The notes: a model not told the origin generated them from the sequence alone. DNA of 64,000 nucleotides from an uncultured Rivularia sp. (GCA_963665115.1 OY762007.1:2208001-2272000), one strand, 5' to 3'. Positions 41,801 to 54,900 are shown, counted from the first letter of the stretch. Numbers and translations are program-made.

Positions 41801-42730
41801 ATGGATTTATTACGTTCTTTACCACTGGGACTTTATTTAGAGCAACCTATTACTTGGCTACATAAACTCGATTCGCGAGTTAAGTTTGTATGGTTAATGA
41901 GTTTTTTAAGTACTTATATTTTTGCTAATACTGGGTGGCGTGTAATATTAGTATTTGTGCTGATTTTTATCACGTTAATATCCGGAATTCCTCGGAGAGT
42001 ATGGCGGCAGCAAATGGGTTATTTATTATCAGTTTGCTTATTAGTTTTAACTATTGCATCTCTAAGTCCTGATGGGATGGGTATTGATTATCAACCACGT
42101 TTACCTGCAAATACACAAGTTGTAAACGTGCCATCGACTCAGAATAGTTCTAAGAATCCGATTCTATCAATATTTGACCCCCAAGAATATAATTATGTAT
42201 TGTTTGCTAGAGGGCCTGTAAAAATAACTCGACATTCCTTCGATCTAGCAGTTCGTTTAAGCACTATTTTTTTTACAGTTCTATATAGTACTACCTTATA
42301 TTTACTAACAACTGCACCAGAAGAAATTACTGCTGGTATAGAAAGTTTGATGCAGCCCTTGAGGCGATTTAAAGTACCAGTTACTGAAATCGCTTTAACA
42401 TTAACATTGTCTTTACGCTTTATTCCTTTAGTTTTAGAAGAAATCCAAAATTTAATTCGCTCGGTAATGACTAGGGCAATTAATTGGAAAAAATTAGGAT
42501 TGAAAGGAGTAGTTAAAGTTTGGATGATGATTGCAGAGCGATTGCTGCAAAATTTACTTTTACGTGCCGAACAAATGGCTAATGGTATTGTGGTAAGAGG
42601 TTTTATTGGCCCTAACAAACACCGAGTTCAGTGGCATAACTTAAGTTTAAAACGTTTTGACTGGTTGGCAATTTTTGTATTAATTCTATTTTGGGGAATG
42701 CGGTTTGCTATCGGAAATCAGGTTAAGTGA
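41801..42730 (+). CDS. ECF transporter T component (CbiQ/EcfT family)
   Basis: LH.LD.RVK, TT.PEE, LSLRFIP, RGF. Confidence 0.88.
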   Translation: MDLLRSLPLGLYLEQPITWLHKLDSRVKFVWLMSFLSTYIFANTGWRVILVFVLIFITLISGIPRRVWRQQMGYLLSVCLLVLTIASLSPDGMGIDYQPRLPANTQVVNVPSTQNSSKNPILSIFDPQEYNYVLFARGPVKITRHSFDLAVRLSTIFFTVLYSTTLYLLTTAPEEITAGIESLMQPLRRFKVPVTEIALTLTLSLRFIPLVLEEIQNLIRSVMTRAINWKKLGLKGVVKVWMMIAERLLQNLLLRAEQMANGIVVRGFIGPNKHRVQWHNLSLKRFDWLAIFVLILFWGMRFAIGNQVK

Positions 42731-42862
42731 TAGTTGATGGTTGTTAGGAGTTAAGAGTGAGTAGGGAGTAGGGAGTAGGGAGTAGAGAGTAGTTAGGAAT
42801 TAGGGATTATTTCTCCCCCTCTCCCCATTCCCCCATCCCCCATCCCCAATTCCCAATTCCCC
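42725..42862. repeat. STRR composite (GGGAGTA)n ... (TCCCCAT/TCCCAAT)n
   Basis: Direct reading. Confidence 0.85.
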
Positions 42863-42874
42863 AGTTTTCAATTA

Positions 42875-44312
42875 ATGACAAACCAAATTCAGCCTTGGTA
42901 TTGGCGAAAGCTTCCTTTAAAACAACGTACTGGTAGTGATATTTTTAGCTGTTTGTTTATTTCTAATCCCCTTAATGAAATAGCTACTCTTTTAGAAAGT
43001 CCTTATCCAAATAGTACAAATAATCCCCAATTAGCTCGCTATTCGATCTGTGCTGGTTCATCTCGGGTAATTAATGGTGTTCCGCAAATGTGGACACCTG
43101 AATTAGGGGGAGTGTTACCTTTTCTCAGACAATTATTAGAAAAGCCAGCAAAAAAACCAGCAGATTTTGAAACATTTCCTCCTCTTCCATTTACCGGAGG
43201 TTGGTTGGGTTGGTTGGGTTACGATGTGGCTTGGGAAACAGAAAATTTACCTAAACTCAGATCGGATACTTTACCGTTTCCAGTAGCTTTTTGGTATGAG
43301 CCTAAATGTTTCGCAGTGCTGGATCATTGGGAACAAGTTTTGTGGTTGGCTGCGAGCAATAACAGCGAATTGGATGAATTAGAAGATAAATATCAACAAA
43401 AGCTAGATTTATCCGATTGCACATCTGCAATTGGTGATGTAATATCACCCTTAGAATTAGTTACCTCTCAAGCTGATTATGAAGCGGCTGTTTTGCAAGC
43501 GAAAAAGTACATTCAATCAGGAGATATTTTTCAAACTAATCTTTCTATCCGCTTTGAAACTCAAACAAATGCTTCTGGATGGGAAATTTATCAAGCTCTA
43601 CAAAAAATAAATCCTTCTCCTTTTGCGAGCTATTTTAAAACTCCTTGGGGTGAGGTAGTTAGCTGTTCCCCGGAAAGATTGGTTCAAGTATACGAGAATC
43701 AAGCCCAAACTCGACCAATTGCAGGAACTAGAAAGCGCGGTGATACTGAGAAAGAAGATTATATATTAGCTGAAGAATTACTTAATAATAGTAAAGAGCG
43801 TGCCGAGCATATCATGCTCGTGGATTTGGAACGTAATGATTTGGGACGAGTTTGTGAATGGGGAAGTGTCAATGTAGATGAATTACTGACAATTGAGCGC
43901 TACAGTCACGTGATGCATCTGGTGAGCAATGTTAAAGGAACTCTATTAAATAGTAAAAATAAAAGTACTATAGTGGATTTGATTGCTTCCATGTTTCCCG
44001 GTGGTACAATTACGGGTTGTCCAAAAGTTCGCTGCATGGAAATTATAGAAGAACTCGAACCTGTCAGACGCAGTTTATTCTATGGTTTCCTGCGGTTATT
44101 TAGATAGAAGAGGTAATCTAGATTTGAATATCTTGATTCGTACCTTATTAGTGGCTCCTCAAGCATCATCGGGCAATTTACATTTGCCAACTGTTAATTC
44201 CGTTTGGGGACAAGTTGGAGCAGGAATTGTAGCAGACAGTAATCCTCAGAAAGAATGGTACGAATCTCTGCATAAAGCACAAGCACAAATACAAGCACTG
44301 CAAAGAGTTTGA
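42875..44312 (+). CDS. Chorismate-binding enzyme, aminodeoxychorismate/anthranilate synthase component I; +1 frameshift at TTT 44086-44088
   Basis: GDIFQ.N, SPER, RPIAGT, KERAEH.MLVDLERNDL, FPGGTITG.PK; restored FYGSCGYLD...NILIRT...GAGIVADS. Confidence 0.9.
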
Positions 44313-44396
44313 GATGAAAGTAGCTATGCAAACAAGTATGTTTCTTTCGTACTTGTTATGCCAATTCAATAGTCGTTGAAGAGGGAACAGAGCATA

Positions 44397-44487
44397 TAGG
44401 ACTTACGCATCAATAACAGAAAGTATAGTGTTCCAGACATTCTAGATCCCCCAACCCTCTTAAAAAGGGCAGCTTGCGTAAGTCCTA
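44397..44487. mobile_element. 91-bp MITE-like element with perfect 13-bp TIRs
   Basis: TAGGACTTACGCA ... TGCGTAAGTCCTA. Confidence 0.75.
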
Positions 44488-45090
44488 AATATTATAAGAT
44501 AATCTTGTTTCCGAAGACCAATAGTCATCTCACAGCCAGTCTTACAGATATTTTCACCTATTCTTTAGCAAGCCCTAACTACTCAAGAACCATAAGTATT
44601 TTATAGCTCGCTTCAATTTGCATCAAATTTTATACCTATCTAAATGATTAAGTAGTCTCAAGTCTCAACATAAAATTGACCGCATTGTTTAAAAGTTTAA
44701 AAAATATTACTTTGGATGCTTTATATCTAACGATTGAATCGGGAAGTAATAAAATTGGTTCTATATGATATTTCAAAGCTGCGGTAAAATAGTTTTTTAC
44801 CCAGAAAAGCTCGATAGATAAAATAGGCTATTAATTGGTTTTTAGCAAAACTTGTCGTAATTGTAACAGGTTTTGTCGTAACTATATTTTTTGATGGGAA
44901 GAATGTAACGAACATTTAGCATTTAATTTTTCTCATGCGTACATCCATTCGTTGATGTGCAAATAACTACCATTATTGCCATTCTGTATTTACATTGCTT
45001 AAAAATATTTGGGCGATATCTTATTAAAGAAAGTCCGACTTTTTGTTTTTAACAGCGAAAAGATATATGTACTCGTACCTTGACTACTAA

Positions 45091-45369
45091 ATGACTTCAG
45101 AAACCTCCGAAACTTACTTGAATCATCCTACTTGGGGACTACTTTACAGAATATGTATGGTAGACCAAAGTCAAGAGCTTTTTACTACGTTGTATGCTCA
45201 ACGCCTGTTTTTCTTGGTAATCAACGATGAGAAAGGCATTAAGTTCCAACCAGTAGGACGTACTGAAGCGAGAATGATGTTGGAAAATCGTTTGCGTAAC
45301 TTGCGTCGAAGCGGACAATCTGTTGAGTACGATCAACTCACTAGTATTTTTCAACGTACATTCCAATGA
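45091..45369 (+). CDS. pipX: PII-interacting protein X (NtcA coactivator)
   Basis: ETYLNHPTWGLLY, LF.TLYAQR.FFLV. Confidence 0.95.
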   Translation: MTSETSETYLNHPTWGLLYRICMVDQSQELFTTLYAQRLFFLVINDEKGIKFQPVGRTEARMMLENRLRNLRRSGQSVEYDQLTSIFQRTFQ

Positions 45370-46037
45370 GTAGTTCGCTTTCTCGACGTATACGTTCAAT
45401 TCAAGAAAAGCTTCCTGAATCTGTCAAATTAATTGCTGTAAGTAAGAAAGTTTCGGCTGCCGCAGTACGCGAAGCATATGCTGCTGGCATCCGAGACTTC
45501 GGCGAAAGTCGGATTCAGGAAGCTGAAAGCAAAATTGAGCAATTACAAGACTTATCGGGCATTTCCTGGCATTTTATTGGACATCTACAAAGCAATAAGG
45601 CTAAAAAAGCTCTTTCGTATTTTCAATGGCTTCATTCCGTAGACAGCCTCAAGTTAGCGCAACGCTTAAACCTTTTAGCAAGCGAGCTGGGAATCAGTCC
45701 CAAAATTTGCCTGCAAGTCAAAATTCTCCCCGATTCAAACAAATCCGGTTGGACGATACAGCAACTTCTAGACGATTTAGTGGAACTTAACCTTTGTCAA
45801 AGTTTACAATTTGAAGGTTTGATGACAATTCCACCATTGGGATTAGATAGCTCGGAGGTTATTTACGTGTTTAATCGGACACGAGAACTGATAGCTGAAA
45901 TCAACGAACGCAACTTGTCAAATATTAAAATGAAGCAGCTTTCGATGGGAATGTCGCAAGATTATCAGTTAGCAATTCAATCAGGTGCAACTATGGTACG
46001 TTTGGGAACAATTTTGTTCGGAGAACGTTATCTATGA
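45366..46037 (+). CDS. pipY: PLP homeostasis protein (YggS family)
   Basis: LIAVSK, FGESRIQE, WHFIG.LQSNK, LSMGMS.D, GAT.VRLG..LFG. Confidence 0.95.
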   Translation: MSSSLSRRIRSIQEKLPESVKLIAVSKKVSAAAVREAYAAGIRDFGESRIQEAESKIEQLQDLSGISWHFIGHLQSNKAKKALSYFQWLHSVDSLKLAQRLNLLASELGISPKICLQVKILPDSNKSGWTIQQLLDDLVELNLCQSLQFEGLMTIPPLGLDSSEVIYVFNRTRELIAEINERNLSNIKMKQLSMGMSQDYQLAIQSGATMVRLGTILFGERYL

Positions 46038-46549
46038 GTCACCTTTATTAAGCTAAAAAAAGCTAAAAACCTCGATATTGCTTGGTTTTAAGCTGGGAGA
46101 AGAAAAATCTGCCGATTCTCAAAATCAGTCAGTCTTTTGATGCACCTTCAATAATTCGCCAGATTACACCTAAAACTGGCGAACTCCCATCAAATGAACA
46201 AATATTCGTCCGTAGGTAAGTGCCAAAGCTATTATATTTGATACAGAATATTTATTTAATACCCTAGTTGCAAATGCGACAAAAGATATAGTATTTACAA
46301 ATGAAAAAAAAATAAAATAAGGGGTGAAAACAGCTTTTCATTCCGAGGTGACTAAGATATAATTTTGACTCATTATTGTAGGTAGTTTAAGTACAAACCT
46401 TGCAATAAGGTGAATGCTGTAGAAAAGACCGTGATATATGCTACAAGTAGTTATTTAATGTAACAATTATTTTCTGTTTGTAGCGGTAAAAGTTGACAAA
46501 AACAATTTTTACCTTCTCAATAAAGATGATTGGCACCAGGAGCGTAACA

Positions 46550-47161
46550 GTGAATAACATATTTTCCCGATTGAGAGACTTTGTTGGTTTAAATGAACCA
46601 GTTGAATATGAATATTATGAAGAGGAGCCAGATGCAGAGGGTTATGAGAATCTGTATCAAGAACAGAATCAACCAGCGACTGCTCCTCCTCAACCAGAAA
46701 ATGCCGCAGTTAATCGACGTTGGCGCGAACCAATGCCTACAATGGGTAGCGATGTAACAAGCACTTCCTCTGCTGCAAAGACAATGAGTAATGTTATTGG
46801 TATGCCAGGAGTCTTGAACGGTATTTCTGAAGTATTGGTACTTGAACCACGTACTTTTGAAGAAATGCCCCAAGCGATTCAAGCATTGCGCGAACGTAAG
46901 TCTGTGGTATTAAATTTAACAATTATGGACCCAGACCAAGCTCAGCGTGCTGTAGATTTTGTTGCAGGAGGTACTTACGCCCTTGACGGACATCAAGAGC
47001 GTATAGGAGAAAGTATCTTTCTGTTCACACCTAGCTGCGTACAAGTTAGTACTACTGGCGGAGTACTTCATGAAGTTCCTCAGCCACCAGTACGTACTCG
47101 TCCTAATCCAAATCCATCTAACCAAGCGTGGGGAAACGAACCGAATCGCATGGCACAATAA
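46550..47161 (+). CDS. sepF: Cell division protein SepF
   Basis: [35 protein letters not shown] before GTG 46550. Confidence 0.95.
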   Translation: MNNIFSRLRDFVGLNEPVEYEYYEEEPDAEGYENLYQEQNQPATAPPQPENAAVNRRWREPMPTMGSDVTSTSSAAKTMSNVIGMPGVLNGISEVLVLEPRTFEEMPQAIQALRERKSVVLNLTIMDPDQAQRAVDFVAGGTYALDGHQERIGESIFLFTPSCVQVSTTGGVLHEVPQPPVRTRPNPNPSNQAWGNEPNRMAQ

Positions 47162-47247
47162 AGATAAACTAGTCATTAGTCATTAGTCATTAGTCCGTTT
47201 GTTTCTGCCTGATGACCAATGACGAATGACCAACGATAGAACGGGCA

Positions 47248-48066
47248 ATGACGAATCACAAAAAATTTGGCTTAATTGGTGGCGGGGTAATGGGTGAAGC
47301 ATTATTATCCCGCCTCATCAGTTGTGGAATATATCAACCATCCGAAGTTATTGTCAGCGAACCACTTCCAGAACGTCGGACTTATTTAGAGCAAGAATAC
47401 AAAATTTTGGCGATCGCCGATAGCAGCATGGCGTTTGCTCAATCTACAGAAGTAGTATTTTTAGCCATTAAGCCTCAGATATTCAGTGCGATTGCTCAGG
47501 AGTTAGCAGGAGTAATTGAACATGGAAGCAAGCAATTGATAGTTTCTATTTTGGCGGGAGTACCATTAAAGCAATTAGAAGCAGCTTTCCCTGGTTTGCC
47601 GGTAGTTAGAGCAATGCCAAACACCCCAGCTACAGTAGGTGCGGGAATGACTGCAATTTGTTGTGGTGCTTACACTAAAGCCAAACATACTGAAATTGCA
47701 ACAAAGCTATTTTCGGCAGTCGGGGAAGTAGTAGAAGTACCCGAATACTTAATGGATGCAGTCACAGGTCTTTCAGGAAGTGGTCCGGCTTATGTCGCAT
47801 TAATGATAGAAGCCCTTGCCGACGGTGGAGTTGCAGCAGGTTTACCAAGAGCAACTGCTGCTACTTTGGCCTTACAAACTGTATTAGGAACGGCACAATT
47901 GCTACTAGAAAGTAAAATGCATCCAGCAGTATTAAAAGATAAAGTTACCAGTCCCGGCGGTACAACAATTGCCGGGATTACCAAACTTGAGCAAGCTGGA
48001 TTTCGTTCTGCATTAATTGAAGCAGTAAAAGCTGCTACTAAGCGTTCTCAGGAATTGGGAAAGTAG
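47248..48066 (+). CDS. proC: Pyrroline-5-carboxylate reductase
   Basis: [31 protein letters not shown]. Confidence 0.97.
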   Translation: MTNHKKFGLIGGGVMGEALLSRLISCGIYQPSEVIVSEPLPERRTYLEQEYKILAIADSSMAFAQSTEVVFLAIKPQIFSAIAQELAGVIEHGSKQLIVSILAGVPLKQLEAAFPGLPVVRAMPNTPATVGAGMTAICCGAYTKAKHTEIATKLFSAVGEVVEVPEYLMDAVTGLSGSGPAYVALMIEALADGGVAAGLPRATAATLALQTVLGTAQLLLESKMHPAVLKDKVTSPGGTTIAGITKLEQAGFRSALIEAVKAATKRSQELGK

Positions 48067-48299
48067 GGAGTAGGGAGTAGGGAGTAGGGAGTAGGGAGTA
48101 GGGAGTAGGGAGTAGGGAGTAGGGAGTAGGGAGTAGGAAGTAGGGAGTTAGGAGTTTGGAGTAGGGAGTTTGGAGTAATAAATAGTTATTCTTCTCCTTG
48201 TCTCGCAATTCCCAATTCCCAATGCCCGATGCCCAATTCCCGATGCCCAATTCCCGATGCCCAATCCCCAATCCCCAATCCCCAATCCCCAATTCCTAA
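48064..48299. repeat. STRR arrays: (TAGGGAG)x10 then (TGCCCRA/TCCCCAA)n
   Basis: 10 perfect TAGGGAG copies at 48064-48133. Confidence 0.95.
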
Positions 48300-48486
48300 T
48301 ACTTCGTATTTTACGAATTGTCGAGAAATTTAATCAAATTGAATGTGGTTAAGTATAATACTCTTAACTCGCGTAAGGGAGTTTGATTGATTGGTGCGGG
48401 GAAATTATGCGCGAGATATGTAAATCCTGCTTGCAATAGACGAAAATAATTTAATTGAAAATCAGTTTGGATGTAATTGTATTTGA

Positions 48487-51157
48487 GTGAATAATCCAGC
48501 CCTAACTCCAGATGTTGAGCCGAGTTCTGTTTTTTCTTTTGAACTCGATCGATTCCAGCATGATGCGATCGATTCTCTGAATGCCGGACATTCAGTTGTT
48601 GTATGTGCGCCTACGGGTTCCGGTAAAACGTTAATTGGGGAATACGCGATTTATCGTGCTATGGCGCGAGGCAAACGGGTATTTTATACTACTCCCCTCA
48701 AGGCGCTTTCCAATCAAAAATTACGCGATTTCCGTTCCGAGTTTGGTTTCGATTCGGTGGGACTTTTGACTGGAGATGTTTCTATCAATCGAGATGCTCC
48801 AATTTTGGTGATGACTACGGAAATTTTCCGTAATATGCTCTACGGTACACCTATTGGACAGGTCGGTACTTCTTTAATAGATGTGGAAGCAGTGGTGTTG
48901 GATGAGTGCCACTATATGAATGACCGTCAACGCGGGACGGTTTGGGAAGAATCTATTATTTATTGCCCGGAATCAATTCAGATTGTAGCTCTTTCGGCGA
49001 CGGTTGATAATAGCGATCAGCTTACTGACTGGTTGAATCAAGTTCACGGCCCTACGGATTTGATTTATTCGGATTTTCGTCCGGTTCCTTTGGATTATCA
49101 TTTTGGTAATAGTAAAGGGTTTTTTCCTCTTTTAAATGAAGATAAATCGGAATTAAATCATCGCTTAATCAAAAGAAAAAGAAAGAGAGGCGACAGAAGC
49201 AAACAAATTGCTAGACAAGAATCTCCTGGCATTAGTGAAGTATTAGAGCATTTGCGAGCGCGTGATATGCTGCCAGCGATTTACTTTATTTTTAGTCGCC
49301 GGGGTTGCGATCGAGCGGTGGCTGAGGTAGGGGATTTATGGTTGGTAGATGGTGATGAAGCGCAAAGATTGCGACCCCAGATTGATGATTTCCTAACTCG
49401 CAATCCAGATGCTGGCCGCGCCGGACACGTCGGGGCCGCTTTACCGAGGAGTTGCCGCCCATCATGCCGGAATTTTACCTGCTTGGAAAGGGTTAGTTGA
49501 AGAACTTTTTCAACAAGGTTTAATTAAAGTTGTATTTGCTACGGAAACTCTAGCGGCAGGAATTAATATGCCTGCTAGAACAACAGTAATTTCTACACTT
49601 TCCAAACGTACCGATAGCGGACATCGACTGTTAAATGCTTCCGAGTTTTTACAGATGGCGGGAAGGGCTGGCCGTCGGGGTATGGATGAAGTCGGTCACG
49701 TTGTAGCGCTACAAACCCCGTTTGAAGGTGCTAAGGAAGGTGGTTATTTAGCAACATCCAATCCAGATCCTTTAGTTAGTCAGTTTTCGCCAAGTTACGG
49801 AATGGTGTTGAACTTGCTGCAAACCCATACATTGGAAGAAGCGAAAGAGTTAATAGAACGAAGTTTTGGGCAGTATTTAGCTAATCTGCATCTACAACCG
49901 CAGTACAAACAAATTTCTGAAATTAAGCAGCAATTAACAGACGTTCACTCAAAGATTGCCAACGTTAGCGACGAAGAAGTCGCGCAATATGAGAAATTGC
50001 GTCAGCGTATAAAAGTGGAACGCAAGCTGCTAACAACCTTGCAAGAACAAGCAGCAGAAACTCGCAAAGAAGAATTAATCATGATGCTGAGTTTCGCGGT
50101 TTCGGGAACGCTGTTAAGTTTAAAAGGTGATAATGCCGAAATTTCTGCACCAGTCACGGCCGTGTTAGTTGGTAAAACACCAGGTACGGAAACACCTTTC
50201 TTAGTTTGTTTGGGAAAAAATAATCGTTGGTACGTAACTTCGGTTCATGAAGTAATAGACTTATACGCTCAATTACCTCGCATTGACGTACCTCCCGATT
50301 TGCTACCCCCACCGGAGTTATCGTTGCAACCGGGCGAATCCGATGATGGTGATGAAATTACAGCCAATATAGCCGCACAAATTCCCGAATCTACAGACGA
50401 TTTGTCTATGGCTCCGGAAGTATTAGAGCAGTCGCGTCTGGTATCAAGTTTGCAAGAGCAAATGGAAAGCAGTCCGCTGCATGGGTTAGGGAATGCCGCG
50501 AGCATATACAAACGTCAAGCCCGCGCTGCTGAATTAGAAAACGAAATCCAATATTTGCGATCGCAAGTTGAACTACAATCTCAACGTCATTGGGATGAGT
50601 TCGTCACATTAATTGAAATTCTTCAATATTTTGAAGCTTTAGATAACTTGGTACCTACTCATTTAGGACAAATGGCAGCCGCAATTCGGGGAGAAAACGA
50701 ACTATGGTTGGGTTTAGTACTTGATAGCGGTAACTTAGATCAACTAGCTCCCCATCATTTTGCTACGGCGATCGCAGGTTTAGTAACAGAAACCTCCCGT
50801 CCCGACAGTAGAGTATTTTTTGAACTCAGTACTGAAGTTTCAGATGCTTTAGCTTCATTGCGCTCAATTCGTCGCAAGGTGTTTCAATTGCAACGCAGGT
50901 ATGGGGTAGCATTACCCGTATGGTTGGAGTTTGAATTAATTGCTTTGGTAGAAAAATGGGCGTTAGGAATGGATTGGGTGGAACTGTGTGAAAACACTAC
51001 CTTAGATGAAGGAGATGTGGTAAGAATATTACGTCGTACCTTAGATTTGTTATCGCAAATTCCTCACGTACCTCATTTACCGCAAGAAATTAAGCGTAAT
51101 GCTCAGCGGGCAACTCAGTTGATTGATAGATTTCCTGTGAATGAAGTGGTTGAGTAA
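48487..51157 (+). CDS. Ski2-like (HelY) DEAD/DEAH RNA helicase; +1 frameshift at GGGG 49432-49435
   Basis: APTGSGKT, KALSNQK, DECH, LSAT, HHAG, ATETLA.GINMPA, QMAGRAGRRG, DSHCT-like DEGD.VR. Confidence 0.92.
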
Positions 51158-51285
51158 TCAGTAATTGGGGATGGGAGATGGGGAGATAGGAAGACAAGGG
51201 GACAAGGAGACAAGGGGGAAATCAATGTTCTTAATTCCTAACTTTTCCCTTAATCCAGAATCTAAAATCTAAAATTAAATAGCTC

Positions 51286-51755
51286 CTATTTTTTAAGTTG
51301 ATTTAGTATACCTTGGGTTAATTGATAGCCTTGAGTATTTCCTTGCTGACGAAATAGTTTGGCAGCTTGCTGTAAATCGGTTACGGCAACGCGCTTGTTT
51401 CCTAAAGCGTAATTGGCTAATCCCCTGCTACCGTAAGCATTGGCTAATTTTGGATTGTATTTTATTGCTTGATTGAAATCTGTTACTGCTGCTTTATTAT
51501 TACCTTGCTGATAATTAATCAGTCCCCTGTTGTAGTAAGCATCTACAAACTTTGGTTCTAATTTTACAGTTTGGTCAAAATCTGATATTGCTGCCGAAAC
51601 ATTTCCTAAACTTGCATTTACAATACCGCGACTGTTGTAAGCATCCGCATGACGGGGATTAATTTTTAACGCTCGATCAAAATCTTGAATTGCCGATTGG
51701 AATTTTCCTAAATGGGATTTTGCTAAACCACGCAAACAGTATCCTTCATAAATAG
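51286..51755 (-). pseudogene. TPR protein, apparently 5'-truncated
   Basis: About 4 TPRs (AYNSRG, AYYNRG, AYGSRG). The ORF begins mid-repeat (YEGYCLRGLAK) with no ATG before an upstream in-frame stop. Confidence 0.55.
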
Positions 51756-51792
51756 GACTGAAGTAATACCCAGCAAAATCAATGTGGTGAAG

Positions 51793-51852
51793 TACTAGAA
51801 GATTTATAACCCGCGCAGGCGGGTTTTATTTGTGTAGCAGCGACTTCTAGTA
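51793..51852. repeat. Palindromic dispersed element
   Basis: TACTAGAAG...AACCCGCGCAGGCGGGTT...CTTCTAGTA. Confidence 0.7.
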
Positions 51853-51938
51853 AATTTCCCATGCATCCTCTTAAAGATAGCAGCCTTGTTTAAGTACACT
51901 GTGGTGGCAAAAGAGTCTAATTTAGTAATTTTCAACTT

Positions 51939-54900
51939 TTAAGCGATATCTGAAACAGCACCTAAAATGTGTAACGTTTCCTTTGTCGCTGCTGTTAAAC
52001 CATTAGCACCTTGAATATTCATTTTTTGATAAGGCTTAGGAATTATCAAAGTTTTAATGCACTTAACTGTATTAATATCCCAGAGCTTAATGGTTTCATC
52101 CTCGCTGCAACTGAATAAAATATTCAACTGGTGACTATAACAAATTGACCAAATACTGTGTTGATGACCTGTTAAAATTTTAAGACAATTTCCCGTACAA
52201 ATATCCCAGAATCTAATAGTGCGATCGTCGCTGGCGCTAATTAAAATTTCTGGTTGAGTAGAAGATTGAGGAATAAAAGTCAGAGCGCGAATTTGTGCTT
52301 GATGTCCAGAAAAAGTTTGCAAGCAATTTTGGGTTTCCACTTCCCATAATTTGATATTGAAATCATCGCTGCTGCTAGCAATTAATTTACCAGAATTATT
52401 AAAAGTTATGGCTCGAATGCGATGGGTATGTCCTTTCAAACTAGTTAAGCAAACTTTCTTGTGAATATCCCACAAATTTATAGATTGACTAGTTCCAGCA
52501 GTCGCTAGAATTTCAGCTTGGGGATGAGAAGCGATCGCCCACATCCATTCTGTTTCTAAATTACCTAAAACTTGAGATTTATTAGTGCAAGTATCCCAGA
52601 TTAAAACTGTGCGATCGTCGCTAGCACTAATTAATGTATGATTATTCTGGATAAATATTATTGACCATATCCAATCAGTATGAGCGCGTAAAGTTTTCAA
52701 GCATTTACCCGTATTTACATCCCAAATTTTAATCGTGCGATCGTGACTAGCACTTGCAATTAGTTCACCATCCGAACTAAAAGTAACGTGACGAATTCTA
52801 CCTTGATGTCCCGACAAGGTTTTTAACAATTCACCAGTTTCTGCATTCCACAATCGAATCTTGCCATCATCGCTACCACTAGCAAGATAGATCGTATTTT
52901 GTTGATAAACGGGACTAACAGCTACAGTCCAAATTCGATTGCTATAACCTTGAAAAGTTTTAATTGGCTCACCAGTTTGAGTATCCCATAACCTAACCAA
53001 CTGGTCATCGCTACCCACGGCAATAATCTTTTTGTCAGCACTATAAGCCAAAGAACGAATGCGGTGATGGGGTTCGTGTAAAGTCATTTGCGGTTCCCCA
53101 TTTGCTAAATTCCAAAGTTGAATTTTATCGGTACCGCAACTGATGATAGTTTCACCATTAGGACTAAATTTAATAGCCCAAATAGCAGTTGGTGCAGTTT
53201 TCACACTCCGCAAACACTTACCTGTATTCACATCCCAAGTTTTCAGACATTGATTATCGGTGCTTCCCACCAAACTTTTACTATCTGGACTAAAAGCAAG
53301 TTTCCGAACCCCTGTGGAATTATCATCAAAGGTTTTTAAACATTCATTCGTCCAGACATTCCATAATCTTATCGAGTCAGCACCACTTGTAGCCAAAGTT
53401 TGACCATCATTACTAAAAGAAAATCCCCAAACCTCTCGATCCGGTTCGTGGAAAGTATAAATGCAAACTCCTGAATCGAGACTCCAAACTTTTACAGTGC
53501 GATCGCTACTGGCGCTAACTACCAAACGCTTATCCCAGATAAAATACACCGACCACACCCAATCAGTATGTCCGCGCAATATTTTTAAACATTTTGCAGT
53601 TTGACTATCCCAAATTTTCACCGTATGGTCATTTCCACAACTTGCAATTAAGTTACCATCCGGACTAAAAGCTACACAGCGAATCCAATCACCATGAGCT
53701 TGCCATGCTAAAATTTGCGAACCATCTGCCACATTCCAAAAACGAATTTGTCCATCCATTCCCCCAGTTGCAAGTAATTTTTGATCGGGGCTAAATGTAA
53801 CGCTAAATATACTACTTAAAGATTGAGAAAAAACAGTTTTATCAAAACTGCAATCGCTAAAATTTACTTGTGGTAATTCCACCCCCTGTAAATAAGCTTG
53901 GGAAATAGGAAGACGAGAAAAATCGTAACCAGCTAGATTTACTTGGAGTTGAATTAAAAGATTAATTAAATTTCCTCCCGCATATCCTACAGGTGCTTGT
54001 AATTCTTGTTCTCTTAACTTCTCAACAATAATACGAAATTTCTGTTCTAAAACTCTTTTCGTCTGGTTTTTGCATAAACTTTCAGCCACAGGTTCTAATA
54101 AAACCCGTTTTTGATTTTCCCTGAGATAATCTGGTGCTGAAGCCTTAATAATCGCGTGAGTTCTTAATAAATCTAACTCGCAACTATCTAATTCATGGAT
54201 AATTTTGGTAATGAAAACTTCCGTAATATACTCCATCACCACATTTTGCAGCGTCAATCCTAAATTAGTAGATTGAATTAAACAACGTCGTAATAAAGAA
54301 TCTAAACCTTCTCGAATCTGACGCGGTGATAAACCTAAAATATCTTCTGCTAAATCATTTTCCGATACAGCTTGACGGTTAATTGCCAACCAATACATTA
54401 AACCTTTTTCTAGTTCCGATAACCGCTCAAACTGCTGCGTTAATAAATCGTGAATATCATCAAAAACAATAATACCTGTATTTAAAAAAGCTTTAATATC
54501 ACCATGAAAAAGTTTTATTATAGTTTCTGGAACAATTTGTAAAGCTAAAGGATTACCGTGATAGCGCTTTACCAATTCTTCGATGTCTTCTGTTGAACCA
54601 CTTATACCCCTTGCAGTCAAAATTTCGGCTGCCTTCTCTAACCCTTTCAACTCCCAAACCCGCACAGGTAAAGTTTCCCCCGCTAACCGTCGCACCTCCT
54701 TAAATTGTTCGCGACTAGTTAAAATCAAACAACTTTGATGTTGAGATTCTCCTATTCTGCGAAATAACTCACCATAACCAGAATATTCCTCACGATAATT
54801 ACCTGAAGAAGAACCACTTTGTAAAATTGATTCAGCATTATCAAGAATCAGCAAACAACGAGAAGCGCGTAAATAATCAATTAATCGCGTGATTTTCTCC

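Noticed and set aside
45091..48066. pipX-pipY-sepF-proC as a novel cluster
   Set aside because: Well-known conserved cyanobacterial gene order.
48038..48292. 84-aa ORF (also 39116..39331)
   Set aside because: Translations of heptamer STRR arrays (LLPTPYS, GIGNW).
48365..48415. Structured 5' UTR of the helicase (CTCGCG/CGCGAG, AACTC/GAGTT)
   Set aside because: Stems are only 5-6 bp; insufficient without comparative data.
51939..53820. Hypervariable, near-identical WD40 repeats as in fungal HNWD receptors
   Set aside because: The repeats are clearly diverged from each other at DNA and protein level.
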